A program made the translations under genes and the position numbers. Under the pieces are notes generated by a model. The model was not told where the DNA came from. It ran no database searches and worked only from the letters and a program-made list of their open reading frames with translations. A stretch of 35,776 bases of DNA from Octopus bimaculoides (Eukaryota), in assembly GCF_001194135.2 (NCBI RefSeq), contig NC_068983.1, positions 127,526,440-127,562,215 on the forward strand. Reading direction: 5' to 3'. Shown one piece after another: positions 1-10,489 of this stretch. Position 1 is the first letter of the stretch, and every line of letters starts with the position of its first letter.

Positions 1-96
<96 letters not shown>

Positions 97-107
97 TGTA
101 ATAATAA
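1..107. repeat. (AAT)n microsatellite
   Basis: Near-perfect AAT array read directly; runs off the window start. Confidence 0.98.
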
Positions 108-1187
108 TCAATACATAGCCGAATGCAAAAAACAGGATCGAAGTGATCAGTGCTTTAGCGATACCAGATGTGACTTATAGTTTCAATATTATTAACTGGT
201 CAATTACGGAAATATGTAATCTTGACAGAAAATACGAAAACTGTTGACAATACATAGAATACATCACTTTTAGGCAGATATAGGCCGACTTTTTCTTCCA
301 AGAAAAGTTGGAGGCCGTGGACTTTTACAACTGGCATTAACAATGAAGATTGCCACAATCGGCCTAGAGACCTACCTGAAAAACTCAGGAATGGATGTTG
401 AAATATGTCTGAAAACAGGAAAATAAGAAAGCATCATGCTTAGTAACAAAACAGGCAAAGGAAAATCTAAGTGAATTCCAAATACAACAAATTCTAGAAT
501 TAGGCGTACCAGATACAAGCGCAGGTAAACTAAACGCATGAAAACCCATGCTAAAACTGCTACCTTATATATTCTTACTGATAAATGGCAAGAAAAACCT
601 CTCAGTAGCAAATACACATAGAGAGCGAATAATGACGATGTTGACAAAGCCCTTACCAATCAATGGATAATGGCATCTGGCATAAAATCATTAACAAATG
701 GTTTTATCATAGGAGTCCAAGATCAGTGCCTATCTACAAGGAACTACCAGAAAAACATATTAAAGAACGGTATCTTCCCAGCATGTCGTGTATGTCAACA
801 ACAACAACAAATTGAAACCATTGATCATGTTGTCTCCATGTGCAGTCTTCTAGCGCCTACAGAATATCTCAACATGCATGATAGAATTGCTCAGTATATT
901 TACTGGATAATTTGCAAAGACCAGGACTTGCAATCGTGGTTGATGAAGAAGGTGGTAGTGGTACCAATAATTGTCGGAACCCTGGGAACAGATTAAAAAT
1001 ATCGAGAAGTACAAAGAACAAATAGGGGATGCAATAAGTGTGGAGTACTTGCATAAAACAGCACTGCTTGGAACCGCTCGGATATTCCGGAAGGTGCTCG
1101 AAAAATAAAAGGTGTTGCCTTAGTTCACTGCAAGTGAACAGCTGATACAGTAGTACATGTCCAGCGTTGGAAGTTGTGAAAGGGCAA
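102..1187 (+). mobile_element. Degraded 3' portion of an RLE-type non-LTR retrotransposon (R4/Dong-like): RT thumb, CCHC knuckle, C-terminus and 3' UTR
   Basis: Frameshifted translation gives NAKNRIEVISALAIPDVTYSFNIINW..RKIRKLLT..HH..ADIGRLFLPRKVGGRGLLQL (thumb), then CRVC..ETIDHVVSMCSLLAPTEYLNMHDRIAQYIYW (CCHC), then VVVVPIIVGTLG..YLHKTALLGTARIFRKVLEK* (stop 1106-1108). A short UTR and a GAT/AAT tail follow. The RLE catalytic segment is missing at about 930. Confidence 0.85.
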
Positions 1188-1207
1188 TGACGATGATGAT
1201 GATGATG

Positions 1208-1287
<80 letters not shown>
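1188..1287. repeat. (GAT)n/(AAT)n tail or target microsatellite
   Basis: Read directly; immediately follows the LINE 3' UTR. Confidence 0.95.
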
Positions 1288-1288
<1 letters not shown>

Positions 1289-1296
1289 CACCAATA

Positions 1297-1828
1297 ATCA
1301 TAAAATATACAAAACATTCCATGAATGGCAGACAGTGCTAGAGCTCCAGACAAAAAGAGACCTATTAAAAACGAAAGTGATCCACTTTAGATGAAGAATA
1401 TTCCCGGGAGACACGCTCTCTCCACTCTTTATCTGCCTGGCACTGACACCGTTATCTGATGTGCTAAACAGAATTGGATGCGGATGCAACTGTCACGGCC
1501 TGTATTGTATACAGATGATTTAAAACCTGACACTACAAATCATAAACAGCATAAACCATTACTACAGATAGTATGTGGATTCACCAAAGAAATAAACATG
1601 ACATTTGGCTTAGAAAACTGTGCCAAAGCAACCTTAAAATGGAAATACTAGTTAAGAGTATCAACATCACTCTAGATAAAGCAAATGAAATAAGAAATCT
1701 CGAACAAAGCCAGATATGCAAATACTTAGGAATCAATGAACTCGATACGGCATAGCACATGCAAATTAAAGAAAAGGTAAAAAAAAAGGAATACTATAAT
1801 GTAGTTAGATTAATACTCAAAACAGAGC
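1297..1828 (+). mobile_element. Degraded RT core of an R4/Dong-like non-LTR retrotransposon
   Basis: Frameshifted translation: RIFPGDTLSPLL-CLALTPLSDVLN (GIFQGDxLSPLLF motif), LYTDDLK (YxDD), INMTFGLENCAKA, CKYLGINE, KEYYNVVRLILKTE. Confidence 0.85.
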
Positions 1829-1998
1829 CTGGGATTTGGGGGAAGGGGAGTAGTCGATTACATCGACCTCAGTGTTTCAATGTTACTTAATTTATCGACC
1901 CCGAAAGGGTGAAAGGCAAAGTCGAACTCGGCGGAATTTGCTCAGAACTTCTCTAAGCTTTTCGTCCAGCGTACTTACGATTCTGACAGCTCTCCGCC
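1829..1998 (-). mobile_element. tRNA-type SINE (family A)
   Basis: Reverse complement matches the copies at 13088-13719 (GGCGG..GAGCTG.CAGAA head; GTCGACTTTGCCTTTCA.CCTTTCGGGGTCGATAAATTAAGTA core). Confidence 0.85.
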
Positions 1999-2002
1999 TA
2001 AT

Positions 2003-2037
2003 TAATAATAATAATAATGATAACGATAATAATAATC

Positions 2038-2089
<52 letters not shown>

Positions 2090-2120
2090 TAATAATAATA
2101 ATAATAATAATCATAATACT
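2003..2120. repeat. (AAT)n microsatellite, interrupted
   Basis: Read directly. Confidence 0.95.
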
Positions 2121-2204
2121 ATGCATGAAACAATAAAAGCATAACCGTAGTTTCTTCAAATGCATTCCCTTTCACCTTTCTTCTATTTATGCCTCCTTTT
2201 TCTT

Positions 2205-2345
2205 TTGGGCTTATTAAATGGCGAATTACTTATTTATGAAAAGAAAATTCTTATAGACGATCTAAAATTATATGATAGATAGCAGAGTGTGCTCGAGGTT
2301 CTTCAAAAAACCGTGAAAAGCTATCCGAAAGAAATGCCAATAGCG
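2205..2345 (+). mobile_element. Short RT remnant around the YxDD motif
   Basis: TTACTTATTTATG...GACGATCTAAAATTATAT translates to YLFM..DDLKLY, followed by VLQKTVKSYPKEMP, resembling the same RT region as 1297-1828. Confidence 0.5.
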
Positions 2346-2409
2346 GAAGAGGTAAAAAAAACCTTGACAGTAATTACCCTTTCCACTATAGGTACCACGT
2401 CTGAAATTT

Positions 2410-2582
2410 TGAGAAGATTAGTGTATTACATCAAGCCCAGTGCTCAACTTTTAATAATTTCATGGACCCCCAAAAGAAGAAAGGCCACGTCGACTTCGAC
2501 AGAATTTGAACGTATAAAAAAACAGACGAAATTGAGATCAGCGGTTTGTCAGATGCAACAACAATTCTGTCAACTCAACGCT
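2410..2582 (-). mobile_element. Diverged SINE (family A)
   Basis: Reverse complement retains a degenerate head, GTTCAAATTCTGTCGAAGTCGAC and GGGGTCCATGAAATTA core. Confidence 0.65.
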
Positions 2583-2690
2583 TTAATGATAATAGTACCT
2601 ATTTAAACAATATGAACAAATCTTGGGATTTGCTCCGGAGTGGGTTAGATGATTACATTACGTGTTTTATCAACCCTGAGAATATAAATC

Positions 2691-2798
2691 CCAAATTTAA
2701 CCTTAGCGGCATTTGAACTCAGAACGTAAAAAAAAAAACAGAATAAATGTATTAAGTATCTTCTCCCACTTCCCCGACAACTCTGCCAGCTCACCATC
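2691..2798 (-). mobile_element. SINE family A, 5' fragment
   Basis: Reverse complement contains GGTGAGCTGGCAGAG and TACGTTCTGAGTTCAAATGCCGC. Confidence 0.7.
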
Positions 2799-2974
2799 TT
2801 GCAGGTATAATGAAATTCTTTAATGTGTTTTCCACAACGCTGTACATATCTAGACATAAGATTAATTAGTATTGTTCAGTGTGAATTTGTGTTCTCATTT
2901 TCGTTCAACAGACTTCTCAAAACAGTTTGCAAATGCAGTTATTAGTATCGATTTCAAAATTTGTCACAATGCCA

Positions 2975-3140
2975 GCAAGTTGGGAGAGAAGTGGGTTAGT
3001 GGATTACATTAACCCTAGTGCTCCATTCGTAATCATTTTATCGACGCCGGAAAAAGAAGAGCAAAGTCGACATCGGAGAATTTCAACAAAGAATGTAAAG
3101 ATGGACGAAATGACGCTAAGCAGTTTGCCCGAGTTTGCAA
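2975..3140 (-). mobile_element. Diverged SINE (family A)
   Basis: Plus strand TTTTATCGACGCCGGAAAAAGAAGAGCAAAGTCGACATCGGAGAATTT is the reverse complement of the family core. Confidence 0.7.
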
Positions 3141-3299
3141 ACCTCACGGCATTAATGCAGTTTTTAATATAAATTATTACTAATTAACAATTAATAATTA
3201 TTGTTTGTAGATAATATTTTCACCCTAGAATCCCTATTCCATCCTTCAATCAATGCTATTTATTTTACACCAATACATGTATTATGGATACACAACTAT

Positions 3300-3457
3300 A
3301 TCCACATGCTCACACACATACACACACATCATACACACATATATGTATACATGTGCATATTGATACATGGATATACTTATATACATATGCATATATATAT
3401 ATGTGTGTATATATATGCATATGTGTATATATATGCATATAGATAGATAGATAGATT

Positions 3458-3493
<36 letters not shown>

Positions 3494-3650
3494 TCCATAT
3501 ATATTCTTTCACATAATACCTTGCGTGTGTCTACACTTATAATATATATTTATATGTGTGTATATGTGTTTCTACGTGTGTAGGTGTATGTGTATGTGTT
3601 TGTGTGTGTGTGTCAGTGTACGTGTATATGTATGTGTTAGTAAGTATACT
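3300..3650. repeat. Compound (CA)/(TA)/(GATA)/(TG) microsatellite block
   Basis: Read directly; explains the YI/HT/CV-rich ORFs here. Confidence 0.95.
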
Positions 3651-5214
3651 TACACGTATACCGAATTATTGATTTCCTGTAGTTTACAGTACCTTCAATT
3701 GACATGTCAGTATGATACCTCCCTCAGACACAAACACGCTCACACCGACATAATCACACATGTTATCGTGTAATAATCTTGTATATGTTGGATATATTTG
3801 TGCGTTTGAGGGTATATATGAGAACAAAATGTCTGTGTTCATATGTGTGCGTGCTTCCCTGCTGAATAATTTGTACGTTTTATGCTTGCGAAGCTGAAAA
3901 ACATAAACTTTCTTCAAAGCCGTAGACTGTTGGAAGTCATATCACATAACCTGAAATTAAAACATATATCATACCTGACTCTACACTAATTAACTGCTGT
4001 GGATAAATCATGGTACGGTTCAGCTATCCGCTTGCCAGCGCAAGATCGCACACACACATAAAATATAAATATACGCACATATATGTGTTTGTTCTTGTGG
4101 CTGATCCATAACAGTCTGGAAACTCTTAGTAGAGCAATATACGACCTATCAATCCGAATATACAAACCCCATTTTCGATTGATAACACTGTGCAACACAC
4201 TTTTTGTCCTTGGTTAGCAACTGATATTTCCTATTTGCTTACCCCTAGAAAGTATATACATTTTTTAAAAAATTTCCTTCAAACTTGCTTTTGTTATATT
4301 TATTCAAGCCTCCCAAATTCCCTCTAAACACATGGCCTGATCTGATGCTCCTACCCATGGTCCGAGAGTGTCAGTCACTAACGTACATGATCAGGCGGTT
4401 AAGGTCAAGCAACCAACAAGCAGAACTGTGGTATTGAGCAGAATATTTGCTATAACGATATTTCTGTTTCAGCAATTCACCTCTGAATCTGTCGGAAATA
4501 GTGAATAGTAGTTATTTCCTCAAATTTCTAGATAGAAGCAAATAGGAAATAGCACTTACTGACCAAAGATAAAAAAAATCGTTACACCGAGTAATCGAAA
4601 CCATGTAACATAAAGGAACACTACATCAATCTCACAAGAGAGACTATATTTGATTTCGATACTCGACGTGGTAGAAATTCCAGCTAATTTACTTCTGAAT
4701 CAGATTCAATCATCTTATATTAAATATTCCCACTATAATCCAAAAACGTATCGTTGTTCTCCGTTATAACTCTTGAACAAATATTTTTGGTTAGTGTTAA
4801 CTTAACAAACGCCATCAACAGCACATGTATGGTGAGCTTTCTGTTAGTGGTAACGGATTTGGCGAACTGGAAATCTTCTCATATTACACTCTACCATCTA
4901 AAATTAAAATGAAACATTGAACATCACCGCTCCTAATATGCAAAAGAATGAAATGATCAAAGATGGAGCATATTTACGCATATCAGTTCGGCTAGTGGTG
5001 ACGTAAGAATTCTAAACTACAGTATTATTAAAATCCTGAGCAATGACTTTAAATTTTCTAAACTTATCCTGTACTTTAAAATATCTATCTGCTGATAAAG
5101 GACATAAACTAGTAAAGAGGAATTACATCAAACAATATCGTTAACCGAAACTGAAATGAAATACGGCCCACAACGATATTGGTCTCAAATTTTAGCACAA
5201 AACCAGAAATTTAT

Positions 5215-5285
5215 GGAGAGTGGGTAAGTCGATTATATCGACCCCAGTGTTCTACTAGTACTTATTGGATCGACCACGAAAGTTC
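5215..5285 (-). mobile_element. SINE family A, 3' fragment
   Basis: AGTCGATTATATCGACCCCAGTG..CTAGTACTTATT..ATCGACC matches the reverse complement of the family 3' core. Confidence 0.65.
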
Positions 5286-6229
5286 TGATTTGAAGATTCA
5301 TTTCTCCCTCATTTCTATTAGTCTCGCAAACACTGTGTATGGGTCATTGGTATAACCGAAATCTCTCAGAAAAAAGCTAATAAAAAACATTCCAATTCTC
5401 CAGCCCTCTACATCCTATGGTAGACCGGTCCATGTATTTTAATTTTGTTGCTCTTTCTACTTCTATGAACACGTAAACTGTTTATTTACTGTAACAAGAT
5501 ATACTTGAAAGTCTTTTATCTTATAAAGTGATTTTTCTCCAATTTTGAGCACATGAGAAACTAAATTTAAACAGGTAGACTAAATATGTTTCAGTTTTTC
5601 GTTCGAGGCACAAAAGTTAGTTTTCAGTAACTAACTTTTGTGCCTCTATTGTCTTTCGAATGAGCGTGTGGTATTCATATTCACCTCCAGAGTCACCAAT
5701 CCAACAGTTCTCTAATTTTCTCTGAGTTAGTCGTTTCCTATTGATCGTATTTTCCTTTCACACAATCAGTGCTGTGGTATTTACATTGAACTGAGAACTT
5801 TCCAATTCTATAAATATATTTGCCAATAAAATATCAACAGGACCGTCAAGTGCAAAACAAGACTGAATGAATTTCTACAGCATGAGCAACACTGATATAA
5901 TAATAATAATAAAAAAACAGTAGTTTCCATATGCCCTTAGAGGGCTTCGTAATCTTTAAAAAGAACGTGTTTGCCAATAAAATTCCAACAACCATATTGA
6001 GTGCAAAACAATACTGAAAGTAAAAGCAAAAAATATGTCAATGAATGAATGAAAGGCGTTGAAAACGATGGAAATATCAATCAATATATTTGTGTGTGTC
6101 GTATTCATTAGAACTCAGATATACAAATAATTGGCCAAGCCTCTCATATAACACAATCATAAATTTATCGATAAATATGTTGGCGTTTTATCAATAGAAT
6201 CCTATTACAAATAATGTTGATGTATAATG

Positions 6230-6830
6230 ACTGAGTGCAAAAGAGAAAGCCTTCTGAACGAGAAGTTAATGAGTTCTGATTTAGAATATATCACCCACTT
6301 GTATCATATGAAAAAAGAGTCTTTACACCGACTCACAAAAGGCTCTAGTTCCCTCAAAAATAGATCTCCGGGCATAACCACGTCATATCTAAGTAATCGA
6401 TCCTTAGTAGGAAACTTCCAATATTAGATTATTCTTATTTTACTTATTCTACAATAACTATAACAAAGCGCATTCTAATCATGAAAGTTCCACTTTTCTC
6501 TTGAGTAGTTACTTCTTTCCAAGTCAGTAAGGTTTCATCTCAAAGAGATTTTGCCGCAACTTACAGCGGGCCGAGTAGCAGTATAACAGTTCAATTCCTG
6601 CGGTTTTTTGGTGCAATCGACATGGCACATTACCTGGCCATAGTGTGCAAGGAACATCTGCCGTTGTGTTATATGATTCATCCATAGACATAACTCTTCT
6701 AGAATGTCTCACAATGCATTGTGCAATTATGAGGAGATAGATTGTTAGTTCAAACATTCGCCGATCCTCAAAAATTTGTAATTCAACAACACGATTTTTT
6801 GAATCAAGCTTTGTTTTTCCCTTTAAAAAC
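6230..6830 (-). pseudogene. Fossil piggyBac-like transposase fragment (first and second catalytic Asp regions)
   Basis: Compared with T. ni piggyBac as recalled: IYLLIIAQCIVRHSRRVMSMDES vs IWDLFIHQCIQNYTPGAHLTIDEQ; WPGNVPCRLH vs FRGRCPFRMY; GIELLYC..MKPY*LGK vs GIKILMMC..GMPYLGR; LFLRELEPFVSRCKD vs YVKELSKPVHGSCRN. The motifs are colinear, with stops and frameshifts. Confidence 0.55.
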
Positions 6831-6850
6831 ATTATATTACTATATCTTAA

Positions 6851-6985
6851 TATTAGCAAGACAATTTAGAATCGTTAGTGAATCATGAAAGCGCCAAGTA
6901 TTTAGTAACGGCACGTTACATTTTGAGTATTATACGACTGAGAGTACTCTAGCCTTTCATCTCCCCAAGGTCGATAAAATAGATT
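6851..6985 (+). mobile_element. Diverged SINE (family A)
   Basis: AGAATCGTTAG..GTTACATTTTGAGT..GCCTTTCATCTCCCCAAGGTCGATAAAATAGATTACCAG. Confidence 0.65.
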
Positions 6986-7697
6986 ACCAGTCAAACTCTG
7001 AATCGATAAAATCTGCAATAACAGTCATTAATTTTATCTGCTTATATGTATATATGTACGTATGTATCATGTATATATATATATATATATATATATATNN
7101 NNNNNNNNNNNNNNNNNNNNNNNNNNNNNNNNNNNNNNNNNNNNNNNNNNNNNNNNNNNNNNNNNNNNNNNNNNNNNNNNNNNNNNNNNNNNNNNNNNNN
7201 NNNNNNNNNTATATATATGTATATATAATGTAAATAAGTAACGAGGATGTATAGTTGTCAATGCATTGCTGCCGTTCCAAGTAGCTCCATTTAATTGATC
7301 AATGAAAACATTACATAAATTTGAAAGAAACTGCTCTTTTCATATGCCAATGATCATACAGATCTCAAAGATAATGGATAAACCATTTCGAACAAATTTA
7401 CTTATATAATAGAAACCAAAATAATTACATTGTTTCCTTATGTTATATCTGTGGCAGAATGAGTTTAGAAAATAATGCATATCTTATTAAACCTGCTATA
7501 ATTTAGAGAGTAGCAAAGGAAATGTTGGGGTGGGGGATCAAGATAAAGGAGTAGTGATGTAATTATTTATATTCAGAAAATCTTATGCGGAATGTAGACT
7601 TCAATCATTTAGAATGAAATCCATTGAGAGTTGTCTACTATATTCCGGTTCATGTTGATAAATCAATTATATAACTCTATTACTATAATATTTTAAT

Positions 7698-7817
7698 ATT
7701 GTCAAGACAATTTAGAATCGTTAGAGAGTCATAAAATGCTGTATATTTAGTAATGGCACGTTACGTTCTGAGTTGTAATACGACTGAGAGCAATCTTGGC
7801 TTTTATCTATCCATTGG
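7698..7817 (+). mobile_element. Diverged SINE (family A), near-duplicate of 6851-6985
   Basis: Shares CAAGACAATTTAGAATCGTTAG and TATTTAGTAA.GGCACGTTAC with the 6851 copy. Confidence 0.65.
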
Positions 7818-7924
7818 GGGCTCTGCCGAATATACCGAACTGGCAAGGTTCCTCAATTCAAGTAACTAATCCAACTGAAACTTAATTATATATGTATAAC
7901 GCTAGCCACGATATATTCTGTTTT

Positions 7925-8088
7925 TCCATCCTTGTATCTCTCATGTTTCTTTCTGTGTTCCTTTCTGAGGAAGAGCGTAGGCTCGAAACATTAAAACTTT
8001 GTTCACTTCCCGAGCGTTATAGTAATATGTCTGTTTGTTTTCTACACCACCTCTCTTCGTCTTTTGTTTTTTTGTGTTAATTCCCCGT
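7925..8088 (+). mobile_element. Penelope-type non-coding repeat (family H1) with hammerhead-like core at 7961-7997
   Basis: CTTT-CTGAGGA-A-GAGC-GTAG-GCTC-GAAAC-ATT-AAAA. Homologous to 14793-15097, 24960-25112 and 26600-26790, and ends at a (TA)n run. The Penelope assignment is inferred from the motif. Confidence 0.55.
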
Positions 8089-8106
8089 ATATATATATAT
8101 ATATAT

Positions 8107-9057
8107 NNNNNNNNNNNNNNNNNNNNNNNNNNNNNNNNNNNNNNNNNNNNNNNNNNNNNNNNNNNNNNNNNNNNNNNNNNNNNNNNNNNNNNNNNNNNNN
8201 NNNNNNNNNNNNNNNNNNNNNNNNNNNNNNNNNNNNNNNNNNNNNNNNNNNNNNNNNNNNNNNNNNNNNNNNNNNNNNNNNNNNNNNNNNNNNNNNNNNN
8301 NNNNNNNNNNNNNNNNNNNNNNNNNNNNNNNNNNNNNNNNNNNNNNNNNNNNNNNNNNNNNNNNNNNNNNNNNNNNNNNNNNNNNNNNNNNNNNNNNNNN
8401 NNNNNNNNNNNNNNNNNNNNNNNNNNNNNNNNNNNNNNNNNNNNNNNNNNNNNNNNNNNNNNNNNNNNNNNNNNNNNNNNNNNNNNNNNNNNNNNNNNNN
8501 NNNNNNNNNNNNNNNNNNNNNNNNNNNNNNNNNNNNNNNNNNNNNNNNNNNNNNNNNNNNNNNNNNNNNNNNNNNNNNNNNNNNNNNNNNNNNNNNNNNN
8601 NNNNNNNNNNNNNNNNNNNNNNNNNNNNNNNNNNNNNNNNNNNNNNNNNNNNNNNNNNNNNNNNNNNNNNNNNNNNNNNNNNNNNNNNNNNNNNNNNNNN
8701 NNNNNNNNNNNNNNNNNNNNNNNNNNNNNNNNNNNNNNNNNNNNNNNNNNNNNNNNNNNNNNNNNNNNNNNNNNNNNNNNNNNNNNNNNNNNNNNNNNNN
8801 NNNNNNNNNNNNNNNNNNNNNNNNNNNNNNNNNNNNNNNNNNNNNNNNNNNNNNNNNNNNNNNNNNNNNNNNNNNNNNNNNNNNNNNNNNNNNNNNNNNN
8901 NNNNNNNNNNNNNNNNNNNNNNNNNNNNNNNNNNNNNNNNNNNNNNNNNNNNNNNNNNNNNNNNNNNNNNNNNNNNNNNNNNNNNNNNNNNNNNNNNNNN
9001 NNNNNNNNNNNNNNNNNNNNNNNNNNNNNNNNNNNNNNNNNNNNNNNNNNNNNNNNN
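8107..9057. other. Assembly gap (other gaps: 7099-7209, 15098-15354, 24752-24761, 31572-31652, 32316-32416)
   Basis: N runs, mostly flanked by (TA)n. Confidence 1.
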
Positions 9058-9886
9058 TATATATATATATATATTCTGGTGTATATAGCCGCAAGGCCTT
9101 GCGTAGTTATATCATTCGTAGTTATATAATGCATAATTCCCAGTAGCTTAATAACAGCACTGGGACATTGAGTGGTCTCAATGATCATGGTGCGAAACTT
9201 CGATGATATTTTGCTTCACTGACTGACGAGGAATACTCACCTATTCCGTGTATTGTGTCTTCTTCTATATTGTCCGTCCGTTAAGTTTCCGTCTAGTTTC
9301 CCGTTTGCTCTACTTTCGTCTAAATTATTACTGTGACACAATGAGTGAGATATTTTCCGACAAATTAAAGTTACGTTAATTTGATTTGCTATATTAAACG
9401 ACGTTGTACAAATTAACGTTACCGTATTTAGTCTTCTAACTATATACTCGATGTCCGATTAATTAACGGTACTGGATTTACTTTAGTATCTTTACAGTAC
9501 GTAAGACAATTTAACGTTACGGTATTTAGTTTTGGATACTTTACACGGCATCGCATTTATTTTGTTGGGACATATAGCCATTATAATTTTAAATGTCGCC
9601 GCAATTAACTTTGTTTTTCTAATTTAGTCGATAATATAAACTATGCGTCAATAATTGAATTCAATGAAATCGACTAACGCTCTCCCCTCCAAATTGCATA
9701 CATTATGCCCAAACTAGTAACAGCTATTGAAGGCAGTTAAGTGGAAAGAACGTTAAGGTGTCGATCAAAATCTTCGTTGTATTCCTTTCAACATCTCATC
9801 AAATCGCAAAGATGTTTCTTTGGAATTTTACAGAAGATATTATATTATTTTCCTGCTTGACCGCAATAAGTATCTCAATTCCAAGA

Positions 9887-9945
9887 TTCTTCTTCTTCTT
9901 TTTCTTCTTCTTCTTCTTCTTCTTCTTCTTCTTCTTCTTCTTCTT

Positions 9946-9975
<30 letters not shown>
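9887..9975. repeat. (TTC)n microsatellite
   Basis: Read directly. Confidence 0.98.
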
Positions 9976-9976
<1 letters not shown>

Positions 9977-10323
9977 GTAGTAGTATTGTTGTTTTTGTTG
10001 TTGTTATTATTGCCATAGCTGCAGGTGTGCTTTGGAGCGATCTAAGTTTATGACTAATTCACTCGTTGAAAAGATTCTATACTACACTTGTTTAAATCAT
10101 TTTGGAAGCCAGCTGCCCATCTGTGGGGCTGACGTTTGTTAAACAAAACCTTATTTAGGGGTTGATACTAACCCTTTTGCTTTCAAAATCCTTCGAAAAT
10201 TTGCTTCGAAGAAATTAAACATTGAAGATGGAGACGAAAAGCGGGAGTGAGGATGAAAGGCGGTACGGCAATTTTCATGAGGTCTTCTCTGTTCTCCCCA
10301 CCATTATTTGTAGTAGACTGCAG

Positions 10324-10425
10324 GAAGAAGAAGAAGAAGAAGAAGAAGAAGAAGAAGAAGAAGAAGAAGAAGAAGAAGAAGAAGAAGAAGAAGAAGAAGA
10401 AGAAGAAGAAGAAGAAGAAGAAGAA
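10324..10425. repeat. (GAA)n microsatellite
   Basis: Read directly. Confidence 0.98.
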
Positions 10426-10489
10426 ATGAAGAATCAAGAAAATAAGAAAGAGATGAAAAGCAGAATTAAGGAAAGAGGAAAGAAGGTAT

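Noticed and set aside
869-1353. Poly-Y/poly-I/poly-L ORFs, and similar poly-N, -F, -E, -K, CV and YI ORFs across the window
   Set aside because: Translations of microsatellites that lack stops in those frames.
3950-4900. Minus-strand splice-like signals at about 3950, 3975, 4560 and 4900
   Set aside because: All acceptor/donor combinations tried contain stops in every frame, so no coherent exon.
5821-6017. ~50-bp imperfect local duplication (5821-5870 vs 5971-6017)
   Set aside because: Short, diverged and AT-rich; ordinary local duplication.
6524-6859. 111-aa minus ORF as a host-gene exon
   Set aside because: Better explained as a piggyBac remnant because colinear motifs continue across stops and frames; kept only as a possible exonised fossil.
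7941-9188. Longest ORFs in the track (350-415 aa)
   Set aside because: Almost entirely N-gap read-through flanked by (TA)n.
9363-9530. CRISPR-like array
   Set aside because: Eukaryotic context, degenerate repeats, only four units, no cas genes.
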